A DNA stretch of 64,000 nt from positions 24,800,001-24,864,000 of the forward strand of contig CM126230.1 in the NCBI GenBank assembly GCA_052327205.1, given 5' to 3'. Below the pieces are notes generated by a model, which saw nothing but the letters and a program-made list of their open reading frames with translations, was not told where the DNA came from and ran no database searches. Positions 37,285 to 48,992 of this stretch are shown in pieces. The DNA is from Somniosus microcephalus (lineage: Eukaryota). The position numbers and the translations under genes are program-made. How positions within the stretch are numbered: the stretch's first letter is position 1; each line of letters starts with the position of its first letter.

Positions 37285-38127
37285 GGGCAGGATTTTCATT
37301 GGGCTGTGGAGGCGGGATTGGAGGCGTGTGGGGGTTAAAATACCGAAATCGGGGGGCACAAACCCATCCCGCCCCCAACCCGCCTCCATGCCAATTTCAA
37401 AGGAGGCGGGTACCCGCCCCGCACTGGGACCCGCCTCCCCGAGGCGGGAAGGGGATTAGTGCCAATTAACTGCCTGTTAACAGGTAGTTAACAGGCAGTT
37501 TTTAGCCTAATCCCTATTTTTAATGTTGAAGTGTGGGATTCCCGACGGCTCCAAACCACGCCAAGTTAGAGGAGACGGACCGTCGGGATGAAGGGCTTGG
37601 AGGGTTCGAGATGTCGGTGTTCAGGTGAGTGATGGGTGCATGAGTGCAAAGGTAAGTGTGTTTGGTGTGTGTAAAGTGTTTAAAGAAGTTTTACATACCT
37701 TTACTTACCTTTACAACCTTCCTTCCTTCAGGTCTCGGGAGTCCCTCATCTCATCGGCACAGAAAGCAGAATGGCTGCGAGCTGTCAAAAATTGCAGCAT
37801 TCAGATTTCTGTTCCAGAGAGATCTCTAAATCATCCTGAGAGGAAGGAATTAACCTGGAGTACAGATTGTCAGTGTTTGGCAGCTTCAAACAGCTGTCAA
37901 ACGCTGATATTTCATCTGTCAAAAGGTCTTGACAGATGAAATATCAATCTGTGACGTCACCTGTTGCCGGGTGGCCCTTAATTGGCCTGCTGAGCCCACT
38001 GGGCGGGCTCAACAAGGTCAATCAAATCAAAATCGCGTGGGTTGGCTAGAACTCGATGGAGGCGGGACTACAACCCTGAAAGTTGTAGTCCCGCCTCCTA
38101 CCCACCTCCTCAATGAAAATCCAGCCC
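37285..38127. mobile_element. Harbinger-type MITE, family C
   Basis: TIR GGGCAGGATTTTCATTG...CAATGAAAATCCAGCCC, TSD CAC/CAC. Confidence 0.92.
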
Positions 38128-38599
38128 CACATGTGATATTTTTCATGTTTCTCCCTCTCCAATTTTCCCTTCACTGAGGAAGCGACCAGACTAAAATGTC
38201 GACTTGTCTGTTCTCTCCACAGATGCTGAATAATCTGCTATGTGTTTCCAGCTTTTGTTTCAGATTTCCAACGCTTGGAGTATTTTGCTTTTTATTTGAA
38301 GTGAATCGTGTTGGTTTACCGTTCGACATGTTTCAGCAATCCTCCCGTGCATTGTCTGAGTTCCCATTCTTCAAGAGTGTAATCCCAGATATTGATTGTC
38401 AAGTGGGTCTTCAACTGTGGGGAGTTGAGAGGCAGAAGTCTCACAAACAAGCTCGATCTTACTTGCCTTCCATGAATGCACACTTCCAGCAAGAGTCCCT
38501 GCTTAAGAATCAGGAGTGGCCAATTTCTGCCCCCACCCTATAGTCCAGGGTGTTGAGGCCAACTATAGTGTGTCAACCACTGTCCTAGCTGAGGTCAAC

Positions 38600-38713
38600 T
38601 AACTTTTCCAGTTCTGATGAAGGGGCCCAGACCTGAAACGTTAACTCTGTTTCTCTCTCCACGGATGCTGCCTGGCCTGCTGAGTATTTCCAGCATTTTC
38701 TGTTGTTATTTCA
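38600..38713 (+). ncRNA. Penelope-type terminal repeat with a minimal hammerhead ribozyme core
   Basis: agtt CTGATGA agg ggcccaga cct GAAAC gtt aact, followed by ctgtttctctctccacggatgctgcctggcctgctgag. Confidence 0.7.
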
Positions 38714-38727
38714 GCACAGACCACGAC

Positions 38728-39935
38728 TGATCCTGGGACCCTCCTGCTCTGAATGGCACGATCCTGGGACCCTCCTGCTCTGAATGGCGTGATCCTGGGA
38801 CCCTCCTGCTCTGAATGGTGTGATCCTGGGACCCTCCTGCACTGAATGGTGTGATCCTGGTCCCCTCCTGCTCTGAATGGTGTGATCCTGGGACCCTCCT
38901 GCTCTGAATGGTGTGATCCTGGGACCCTCCTGCTCTGAATGGCGTGATCCTGGGACCCTCCTGCTCTGAATGGTGTGATCCTGGGACCCTCCTGCACTGA
39001 ATGGTGTGATCCTGGTCCCCTCCTGCTCTGAATGGTGTGATCCTGGGACCCTCCTGCTCTGAATGGTGTGATCCTGGGACCCTCCTGCTCTGAATGGTGT
39101 GATCCTGGGACCCTCCTGCTCTGAATGGTGTGATCCTGGGACCCTCCTGCCCTGAATGGTGTGATACTGGTCCCCTCCTGCTCTGAATGGTGTGATCCTG
39201 GTCCCCTCCTGCTCTGAATGGTGTGATCCTGGTACCCTCCTGCTGTGAATGGTGTGATCCTGGGACCCTCCTGCTCTGAATGGTGTGATCCTGAGACCCT
39301 CCTGCTCTGAATGGTGTGATCCTGGGACCCTCCTGCTCTGAATGGTGTGATCCTGGGACCCTCCTGCTCTGAATGGTGTGATCCTGGGATCCCCCTGCTC
39401 TGACTGGTGTGATCCTGGGACCCCCCTGCTCTGACTGGCGTGATCCTGGGACCCTCCTGCTCTGAATGGTGTGATCCTGGGACCCCCCTGCTCTGACTGG
39501 TGTGATCCTGGGACCCCCCTGCTCTGACTGGCGTGATCTTGGGACCCTCCTGCTCTGAATGGTGTGATCCTGGGACCCCCCTGCTCTGACTGGTGTGATC
39601 CTGGGACCCCCCTGCTCTGAATGGTGTGATCCTGGGACCCCCCTGCTCTGACTGGTGTGATCCTGGGACCCCCCTGCTCTGACTGGCGTGATCCTGGGAC
39701 CCTCCTGCTCTGAATGGTGTGATCCTGGGACCCCCCTGCTCTGACTGGTGTGATCCTGGGACCCCCCTGCTCTGACTGGCGTGATCTTGGGACCCTCCTG
39801 CTCTGAATGGTGTGATCCTGGGACCCCCCTGCTCTGACTGGTGTGATCCTGGGACCCCCCTGCTCTGAATGGTGTGATCCTGGGACCCCCCTGCTCTGAC
39901 TGGCGTGATCCTGGGACCCTCTTGCTCTGAATGGC
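38728..39935. repeat. 31-bp minisatellite (about 39 copies)
   Basis: Unit gatcctgggaccctcctgctctgaatggtgt; 31-aa cyclic ORFs in all three minus frames. Confidence 0.97.
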
Positions 39936-40585
39936 ATATACAACAACAACCCATGCATTTACCCACAGGACAATGACACATTTGGCTTTTGCAATTTTAA
40001 AAAAAATCATGAAATGGAGGAAAATAACTTTAGGACAGATATCAGACAAGGACCTCTTCATCAAAAAACAATCAAGATTTGGAATGGTCTTCTGGATAAG
40101 ATAGTGAAGGTGAAAACCTTAGATTTACTCAAAATCCAGTTGGATAACATGATGGGGGAACAGCAAGATTTCTCTCTCGATAAATAAGCTAAGATGGGCC
40201 GAATGGCTTCCCACAGCTGTATTTATCATGTGATCTTAAATTTCAGGAGACAGATCTTTCTTTGTGTTTGTCTATAAATTACAGTTTCAGTGTCAGTCTA
40301 CAAGTGGCCAATCCTAGTGGCAGAGGGAGGTACACCCGCTAAATTAATTTTAAAAAGGGAAGAAGAATTTTTCACGCACAGAAATGAAAGGTCAAGGAAA
40401 AAAATGATTGGCTGTACCAGCACCAATCAAAGGCAACCTGGGGTGGCATCAAGTTGACTAGAACATACGTGGATTGATTGGTTCATCCCATTGACGACAC
40501 ATTTCTACACTGCTGACTCCACATGATTTTTGTAAAGGTGTGACTGAAATGCAGAGCAGCAGAGTATGGTGCTGGGAGACACAAA

Positions 40586-42223
40586 GGGGGCGATTTTCTC
40601 AGCCCCGAGGAGGCGGGTATGGTCGCGGGACTGCCGGGAAAATGGCAGAATTTGGGGGCAGGTGGCAAACCCATCCCCAACCCGCCTCCATGCCATCTTC
40701 CCAAGAGGCGGGTAGCCGTCCCGCGCCGGGTCCCGTCTCCTTGGAGGCGGGAAGGGATTAAAGCCTATTAACTGCCTGTTAACAGGTAGTTAACAGGCAG
40801 AAAATAGGATTATCCCCTTTTTGCCCTCAAAGGTGTGGGCTTCCTGAAGGCTCCAAAACCCGCCAACTCAGCGAGGCGAGTACTGGGTCTGCGGGCGTCG
40901 GGGGGGGGTGCAAAAGTGTGGTGTGAAGGTAAGTGATGGGTGCAAGAGTGGAGAGGTGAGTATCTAAGGTAAGTCCTAAGTATTTTTAAAAGTGTACTTA
41001 TCTTTGTTTCTTCCTGCAGGCTTCAGTCAGTTTCTATACAGAGAGTCTCGCACCTCCGTGTTGCAGATAAGAGATGTCCGTTGCATTCTCATATGCAACA
41101 AACACCTCGGGCTGGATTTTCAATGAGGAGTCGGGTAGGAGGCGGGACTACAACTTTCGGGGTTGTAGTCCCGCCTCCATCGAGTTCTAGCCAACCCACG
41201 CGATTTTGACTTGATTGACCTTGTTAAGCCCGCCCAGCGGGCTCAGCAGGCCAATTAAGGGCCACCCGGCAACAGGTGACGTCACAGATTGAAATTTCAT
41301 CTGTCAAGACCTTTTGACAGATGAAATATCAGCATTTCACAGCTGTTTGAAGCTGTCAAACACTGACAGTCTGTACTCCAGGTTAATTCCTTCCTCTCAG
41401 GATGATTTAGAGATCTCCCCGGAACAGAAAGCTGAATGCTGCAGATTTTGACAGATCGCGGCCATTCTGCTTTCTGTGCCGGTGAGATGAGGGACTCCCG
41501 AGACCTGAAGGAAGGAAGGCTGTAAAGGTAAGTAAAGGTTAGTAGAACTTCTTTAAACACTTTACACACACCAAACACACTTACCTCTGCACTCATGCAC
41601 CCATCACTCACCTGAACACCGGACATCTCGACTCCTCCAAGCCCTTCATCTTGATGGCCCGCTTCGCTAACTTGGCGTGGTTTGGAGCCGTCGGGAATCC
41701 CATATTTCAAGAATGAAAATAGGGATTAGGCTAAAAACTGCCTGTTAACTACCTGTTAACAGGCAGTTAATTGGCACTAATCCCCTTCCCGCCTCGGGGA
41801 GACGGGTCCCAGCACAGGTCAGGTACCCGCCTCCTTTGAAACTGGCATGGAGGCGGGTTGGGGGCGGGATGGGTTCGTGCCCCCCTGATTTCGGGATTTT
41901 AACCCCCCACACGCCTCCAATCCCACCTCCACGGCCCAATGAAAATCCTGCCCCTCATTTCTATAAAAGAAAGAAGGTTGATGAGGTCTTGTATGCAAGA
42001 CCTCATCAAACTGCAGAGATTGTCACTGTCAGAGAGCTATCAAACGATGACAATTTATCTGTTAAAAGTTCCCTTAATTGGCCTGCTAAGCCCGCTGGGC
42101 GGGCTTAACAAGTTCAATCAGGGGAAAATAGCGTGGGTTGGCCACAACTTGATGGAGGCGGGACTAAAACCCGACAAGCAGCAGTCCCGCCTCCAACGCG
42201 CCTCCATTCTCAAAATCGCCCCC
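40586..42223. mobile_element. Harbinger-type MITE related to family C, hosting a nested family C copy
   Basis: TIR GGGGGCGATTTT...AAAATCGCCCCC; subterminal blocks resemble family C. Confidence 0.85.
41109..41953. mobile_element. Family C MITE, inverted relative to 37285-38127
   Basis: TIR GGGCTGGATTTTCA...TGAAAATCCTGCCC, TSD CTC/CTC. Confidence 0.92.
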
Positions 42224-42439
42224 ATAGTCTGGATCTGGGAAATGCAAAGTCTGGAGCGCAGAGACAAACTACAAGCCGGGAGTTGAAAACCGTCAGGAGA
42301 AATTCCACAACAGATGTCTCATTGGCCCCACACAGCCTGGTAAGGCTACAGTTTATCACTTCGTGGCACTCAGGCTCGAAAAGATCCGTTAACACTGTGC
42401 TAATGTCACAAAGACCGCAAGAGCTTCAATCACAATAAA

Positions 42440-44390
42440 GTAGTTATCTTTAAAAGGAATAAAAGTAATAGAGTGGGGGGTGCTGCATTGTGTTGTTGAG
42501 CTAGCTAGGCAATGAAGGGAAAGTAATATTATTGGGAGATTTCAATTATCCCCTTATAAGGTGACAAGAAATGGGAGGTCTGCAGGAGGCATTGATTGAT
42601 AGAATCAATGATTGTTTTTTATCTCAACGTGTAATAATGAGCGGTAGTTTGATAGATGACTTAGAGGTGGAGGAGTACCTTTTGGATTTGGACCATTTAT
42701 GAGATGTAAAATTTGCTGGTTGCACACACACTCACACTCACTCACTCACACACACTCACACTCACTCACTCTCACACACANNNNNNNNNNNNNNNNNNNN
42801 NNNNNNNNNNNNNNNNNNNNNNNNNNNNNNNNNNNNNNNNNNNNNNNNNNNNNNNNNNNNNNNNNNNNNNNNNNNNNNNNNNNNNNNNNNNNNNNNNNNN
42901 NNNNNNNNNNNNNNNNNNNNNNNNNNNNNNNNNNNNNNNNNNNNNNNNNNNNNNNNNNNNNNNNNNNNNNNNNNNNNNNNNNNNNNNNNNNNNNNNNNNN
43001 NNNNNNNNNNNNNNNNNNNNNNNNNNNNNNNNNNNNNNNNNNNNNNNNNNNNNNNNNNNNNNNNNNNNNNNNNNNNNNNNNNNNNNNNNNNNNNNNNNNN
43101 NNNNNNNNNNNNNACACTCACACACACTCGCTCACACACACTCACATTCGCACACTNNNNNNNNNNNNNNNNNNNNNNNNNNNNNNNNNNNNNNNNNNNN
43201 NNNNNNNNNNNNNNNNNNNNNNNNNNNNNNNNNNNNNNNNNNNNNNNNNNNNNNNNNNNNNNNNNNNNNNNNNNNNNNNNNNNNNNNNNNNNNNNNNNNN
43301 NNNNNNNNNNNNNNNNNNNNNNNNNNNNNNNNNNNNNNNNCACACACACTCACTCACACATNNNNNNNNNNNNNNNNNNNNNNNNNNNNNNNNNNNNNNN
43401 NNNNNNNNNNNNNNNNNNNNNNNNNNNNNNNNNNNNNNNNNNNNNNNNNNNNNNNNNNNNNNNNNNNNNNNNNNNNNNNNNNNNNNNNNNNNNNNNNNNN
43501 NNNNNNNNNNNNNNNNNNNNNNNNNNNNNNNNNNNNNNNNNNNNNNNNNNNNNNNNNNNNNNNNNNNNNNNNNNNNNNNNNNNNNNNNNNNNNNNNNNNN
43601 NNNNNNNNNNNNNNNNNNNNNNNNNNNNNNNNNNNNNNNNNNNNNNNACATGTAATAATGAGCGATAGTTTAATAGGTGACTTAGAGGTGGAGGAGTACC
43701 TTGTAGATTTGGACCATTTATGAGATGTAAAANNNNNNNNNNNNNNNNNNNNNNNNNNNNNNNNNNNNNNNNNNNNNNNNNNNNNNNNNNNNNNNNNNNN
43801 NNNNNNNNNNNNNNNNNNNNNNNNNNNNNNNNNNNNNNNNNNNNNNNNNNNNNNNNNNNNNNNNNNNNNNNNNNNNNNNNNNNNNNNNNNNNNNNNNNNN
43901 NNNNNNNNNNNNNNNNNNNAATGAAGCATTTTATAATCCCTATGAGTGGGAAAACAGTATACACTGAGAGAAAGTTATATGGGGAACTAATATGGTAACA
44001 AGTTCTCAAAGAGGTACTTTAAGATTTACAAGGGGTGTAATAGTCTTTCAGATTCGGAAAGGTATAAAAAGCAGTTAGCATCAACAAAAGAAGCATTAGT
44101 CAAGCTAAAATGAATCTAGAGAGGATGAGTGTAGAAACTTGTCAAGACAATGGGAAGTGTATTTTGCTCATGTTCGAAATCAAAGTCAGTTACGAAACAA
44201 ATAGCATAATTGAAGGATACTCTGGGGAGAATTAGAAATAAGGTCTGGCTGAAGAGTTGAGGAGATATTTTGTGACCGTTTTTAACTGCGAGGTGGTTGA
44301 ATATCTGCCATCTGAGCAGCAGGCGGGACTGAAAGTTCTCGAATAAGTTACTTACAGATCTCAAAGCAAATGGTGCCAACTAAATTAAAA
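42440..44390 (+). mobile_element. Ancient CR1-like ORF2 endonuclease-region relic interrupted by a CA/CACT microsatellite and N gaps
   Basis: VILLGDFNYP at ~42523, IDDLEVEEYLLDLDH at ~42650. Confidence 0.6.
42723..43919. other. CA/CACT microsatellite remnants and four N-masked or gap blocks
   Basis: N runs at 42781-43113, 43157-43340, 43362-43647 and 43733-43919. Confidence 0.95.
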
Positions 44391-44407
44391 GGGGTCAAGG
44401 TAGAACT

Positions 44408-44535
44408 AGAATAAAAACAGAAAATGTCGGAAATGCTCAGCAGTTCAGGCAGCAACTGTGGAGAGAGAAACAGAGTTAACGTTTCAGGTGGATGACCTTT
44501 CGTCAGAACTGGAAAAAGTTAGAGATGTAACAGGT
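44408..44535 (-). ncRNA. Penelope-type terminal repeat with a minimal hammerhead ribozyme core
   Basis: Minus strand reads agtt CTGACGA a aggt catcc acct GAAAC gtt aact ctgtttctctctccacag. Confidence 0.72.
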
Positions 44536-45097
44536 TTTAAATTCAATTCATCTTACAGTACTGAAAGCAATGATTGAAATGTTGTCTTGATTCTCTTCAA
44601 TAGCTCAATAGAGGAGACTAAGCTGGGGGAGGAGGGGAATTTTTTTTTGAAGTAAAGTTTCATGGCAGTCAGTGACTGGCGATACTATGAGAACAAAAAT
44701 GTATCAGCCCATTAAATCTAATTTTTCTAACTAAATTGTGCATAATGATTTCATTTGTTCTTGTCTGTACTGAGGAAATATTGGCAAGGTCGTCTGTGTA
44801 ATCTAGTTACTCATACTTAACACAGTAGGATTTGGTTTTTATTCTAAAGAAATCAGATATATTTTCCCTCTTCAAACTGTTTTTATATAAAAGTATGAAT
44901 ACATTTGGAAAGTCAGTTCCTTTTCTCTGGTATTTCAATGAATTAATCCCACATCTGGCTGAGCACCTTACAAAAGGCCCCATGAAATCCCACGCTCTCC
45001 CCTGCGTTCGATCACCCACTGCAGCCCTTCCCAAGCAGAATTTTTAGCTGGGCAAAATGTTTGTTTTGCAAGAATATTGTTGTCGAGAATTGATATA

Positions 45098-45412
45098 CAG
45101 GAAACTTTTTTTTATCCGGCACCGACGGGACCGACGTGGTGCCGGTTCATCAAAAATTCCGGATAACCGAAAGCTATAGTAAAAGATACGGAGCCGAGAG
45201 CTCCGTATAAAGCAACAAACCCTGTTGCTGAGGTTCAGAACAATGGCCACAAGTTCCAAGCGTCTCTGTAGCTTAGCAACAGCTGCAGCCACACCCTTGC
45301 ACAGCAACAGATCGAGGAAGGCAAGTAATATGAAGTATGAACCTATTCCTGAATTTTGCTGGTTAACCGAGATTTCCGGTTATTTAGGTGCCGGTAAATC
45401 GAAAGTTTCCTG
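45098..45412. mobile_element. Tc1/mariner (pogo/Tigger-like) MITE
   Basis: TA|CAGGAAACT...AGTTTCCTG|TA. Confidence 0.88.
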
Positions 45413-45807
45413 TACAAAGATTGGACTGTACGAGGGAAGTGAAGCATCGTGGCAGATGTGGGAGTCCACTATAATTTTCTCTTTTTTTAATGATGCTGTT
45501 TTTGCACAGTAACATGTGGACTTTGTTATAAAAATAATTCAATGGTAATGTAAAGCTCCAATCCCAGCCCCATAGCAGCCAATATAGAAATAGACACAAA
45601 ATTGAGAGCAAAGTTCCATCCCTGTGCAATAGTGCTTTTTCCCCCCCTATTTCAGCTTGTGGAGGGGAAAGTTATACTTGTGTTCTGCAAACAGACAAAG
45701 GGCACACACGCCTATGGAGTTTGCTGCCATCTTTAGTGTTATTCATGGGAAACAGGCACCCTGCTACACCCATTAGTCCAGTTGTTAAATTCTGACCGCC
45801 AGTAGTT

Positions 45808-46077
45808 GGGGGCGATTTTAACCCGACTCGCTCAGCAGAAACCCGGCGGGTGGGCAGTTAAAATCGCCCCTGGCTCTTACCTGTCCGAAAGCCGACACGA
45901 TCGCAACATCTGCAATTTTAACCCGCTCCCCTGAGCAGGCAGCAAGGACACACGCCCAGAGCCAACAGGGTCCTCCTTTACATGAGCATGCTGCGGCCCG
46001 ATGACATCATTGAGACCCGACTGTAATTTTAACTCAGGCCTTGAGGGGGGAATCCGCCTGGAGTTAAAATCGGGGAC
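45808..46077. mobile_element. Degenerate Harbinger-type MITE
   Basis: GGGGGCGATTTTAAC...GTTAAAATCGGGG with repeated attttaac/gttaaaat motifs. Confidence 0.55.
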
Positions 46078-46384
46078 ATATGGGTGGGGGGGAACAAAAT
46101 TGAAGACAAAGGTGATTTTGCATTTGATTCCTACACATCAGTGTCAAATGGAACCACACCCCAGCCCATCAAAACCAACGGTAATCAAGAACCTTTGACA
46201 GACTCCCACATTCACCACCATCTTCAATTAATTGGCTACAATGCATCAACGTTTGTGGGCAAGATATATTGACCTTTCAATTATTGCCTTATCGTATTTT
46301 CACTATGGAAACATTCACTTTACTCATCGTCAGAATGGGGCACATTATCTGTCATCATCACGGAAGCGTATACCTAGAACCAAG

Positions 46385-46610
46385 TGTTATAACTCTCATC
46401 ATCAAGAAACTACTTATGAAATAATGCTGGACGGCCAGTTGGTGGCGCCGTCCAAGGAGTATAAATACTCGGGCGTGGGCCCAGCTTTCCAAGGACATTT
46501 TGTAAGACAAGGAACTAGTGAAGTATAACTAGACTTCCATGTTCTGAAACAAGTTGACTAAAGCCTTGCTTTATACTCAAACCAAGTGTGTAGTGAGTTT
46601 TATTACATCA
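46385..46610 (+). mobile_element. Solo LTR (226 bp)
   Basis: TGTTAT...ACATCA ends, 5-bp TSD CCAAG/CCAAG, TATAAATA at ~46460. Confidence 0.88.
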
Positions 46611-47659
46611 CCAAGCATAATTATATAGAGAAGCCTTAAGAGGAAGACTAAGGCCAATGATGTAGGACACTGCCAATGTTGAAATGCGTAGAAAAGAAGA
46701 CCAGATAAATCGGGGAACAGTGATTAGGTAATAGTAAGGCTGTGTTTTGATAAGCATGGCGACTGTAGGGAGAAGACACGACTAAGGGAGACAAACATTT
46801 CCACAGTTATGGAATCCTGGGATAAGAGATAGAGTCCGAGAGAGTAGAGGGTACTTCTTGATTTTGACAGAACAGTTAATACCTCAAGTCCTGAACAGTT
46901 CCTGAGGTGTGAGTGAGCAATATGGGTTAATTCACACTTTGATGTTTTTCCCCTTCCTTTGACTGGGTATGCAGTTTTTCTCATCTCATCTGCTCTCTCA
47001 GATAGTCAGGCTGGGATAGAAACTCACTGGTGGAAGGAGTGGCCTGTCGCTCTGAAATAATGCATCAAAGTTGTACCATAAAATACTTTTTTGTAGTGTT
47101 TTCTTCTACATTTGCAATTTTTCAGTGAGCGATCTCTCCCAATGGTTCAGCAGGTCAATGCGCTGTCAGCTGCTGTACTGACCTTTGAACTATATGATAT
47201 TGGGGAGGGGTCAAGATTTGAGCTCACTGATCCCTGCTGGCTCCTAGAAGGGGGATAGAAAATCAGCTACCCCAGCTGGAAAAATGTTGTCAAGATTGGG
47301 CTTTTGAATGTCCTGCCTAAGTTCATGGTCTAGGCTCACAGATTAAGCATGGCCACTTGGACAGAGCATGAGGGGGCCACTAATAAAAAGAAAAGAAAGA
47401 CTTGCATTTATATAGCACCTTTCACGACCACATGACGTCCCAAGGAGCTTTACAGCCAATGAAGTGTAGTCACTGTTGTAATGTAGGAAACACAGCAGCC
47501 AATTTGCGCTCAGCAAGCAACATGACAATGAGCAGATAAACTGTTTTAGTGATGTTGATTGAAGGATTAAATATTAGCCAGGACACCAGGGAGAACTCCC
47601 CTGCTCTTCTTCGAAAGAGTGCCATGGGATCATTTACGTCCACCTGAGAGAGCAGACGG

Positions 47660-48992
47660 GGCAAATGGTATGTTGGCCTTCGTAGCAAGAGGGTTCGAGT
47701 ACAGGAACAAGGATGTCTTGCTGCAGTTGTACAGGGCCTTGATGAGACCGCACCTTGAGTATTGTGTGCAGTTTTGGTCACCTTATCTGAGGAAGGACGT
47801 TCTTGCCATGGAAGGAGTGCAGTGAAGATTCACCAGGCTGATACCTGGGATGGCAGGAATGACATATGAGGAGAGATTGTGTCGATTGGGCTTATACTCA
47901 CTGGAGTTTAGAAGATTGAGAGGGGATCTCATCGAAACCTATAAAATTCTGTCAGGCCTGGACAGACTAGATGCAGGAAGGATGTTTCCGATGGCCGGGG
48001 AGTCCAGAACCAGGGGTCACAGTCTAAGGATAAGGGGTAAGCCATTTAGGACTGAAATGAGGAGGAATTTCTTCACCCAGAGAGTGGTGAACCTGTGGAA
48101 TTCTCTGCCACAGAGGGCGGTGGAGGCCAGTTCATTAAATATATTCAAGAAGGAGTTGGATATATTTCTTAAGGCTAAAGGGATCAAGGAATATGGGGAG
48201 AAGGCAGGGACAGGGTACTGAATTTGGATGATCAGCCATGATCTCATTGAATGGCGGAGCAGGCTCGAGGGGCCGAATGGGGCTGTGGTGGAAAGGGTGG
48301 ACAGCTTTAAGTTCCTCGGAGTCCACATCACGGAAGACCTCTCCTGGCCCCTCAATACCTCCTCTCTGGTGAAGAAGGCCCAGCAGCGCCTATATTTCCT
48401 AAGGAGGCTGAAGGGATGTAACCTGTCACCCCTGATCCTCTCTAACTTTTACCGCTGCACAATAGAGAGCATCCTGACAAACTGTATCACAGTATGGTAT
48501 GGCAGCTGTAGCTACTATGACCGGAAAGCCCTGCAGCGGGTAGTCAAAACTGCCCAACGCATTACCGGCACCCGGCTACCGACCATAGAGCACATATACC
48601 AGAAACGCTGTTTACGGAGGTCACGGTCCATCATCAAAGACCCTACCCACCCCAGCCACAGTCTGTTTGCCCTCCTGCCATCTGGGAGACGCTAGAGATG
48701 CATTCGCACCCGTACGACCAGATTTAGGAACAGCTTCTTTCCCAGGGCTGTCATCCTACTGAACTCCACAAATAAACTCTAAAGCCTGCACATCTGCCAA
48801 TGCACTTTATTATGGTTATGTTTATGTTAATGTATTACAAGCCAAATGTATGTTGAATGTTTAAATGTCTTAATCTAAATGTACACTCTCGGGAGCCGCA
48901 AGCCTACATTTCGTTGTACTGCACTTGTGCACTAACAATGACAATAAAAGTTGATTTGATTTGATTCCTGCTCCTATCTTCTATGTTTCTAT
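47660..48992 (+). mobile_element. CR1 LINE 3' fragment, split in its tail by a Rex1/Babar-like LINE
   Basis: ORF pieces 47660-48221. The tail is interrupted after ggccgaatgg and resumes at tcctgctcctatcttctatg. Confidence 0.92.
48281..48965 (+). mobile_element. Rex1/Babar-like LINE 3' fragment
   Basis: VERVDSFKFLGVHITEDLSW...KKAQQRLYFLRRL...FYRCTIESILTNCITVWYG...HPSHSLFALLPSGRR; AATAAA and (GATTT)n tail. Confidence 0.88.

Noticed and set aside
38641-40064. Three ORFs of 415-452 aa
   Set aside because: They are a by-product of a stop-free 31-bp tandem unit and have no unique domain.
42699-44009. ORFs full of X
   Set aside because: They are artefacts of N runs.
48228-48695. ALKBH8 N-terminal-like (DUF1891) protein
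   Set aside because: This domain is the C-terminal part of Rex1/Babar-type RT, and the fragment ends in a LINE tail.
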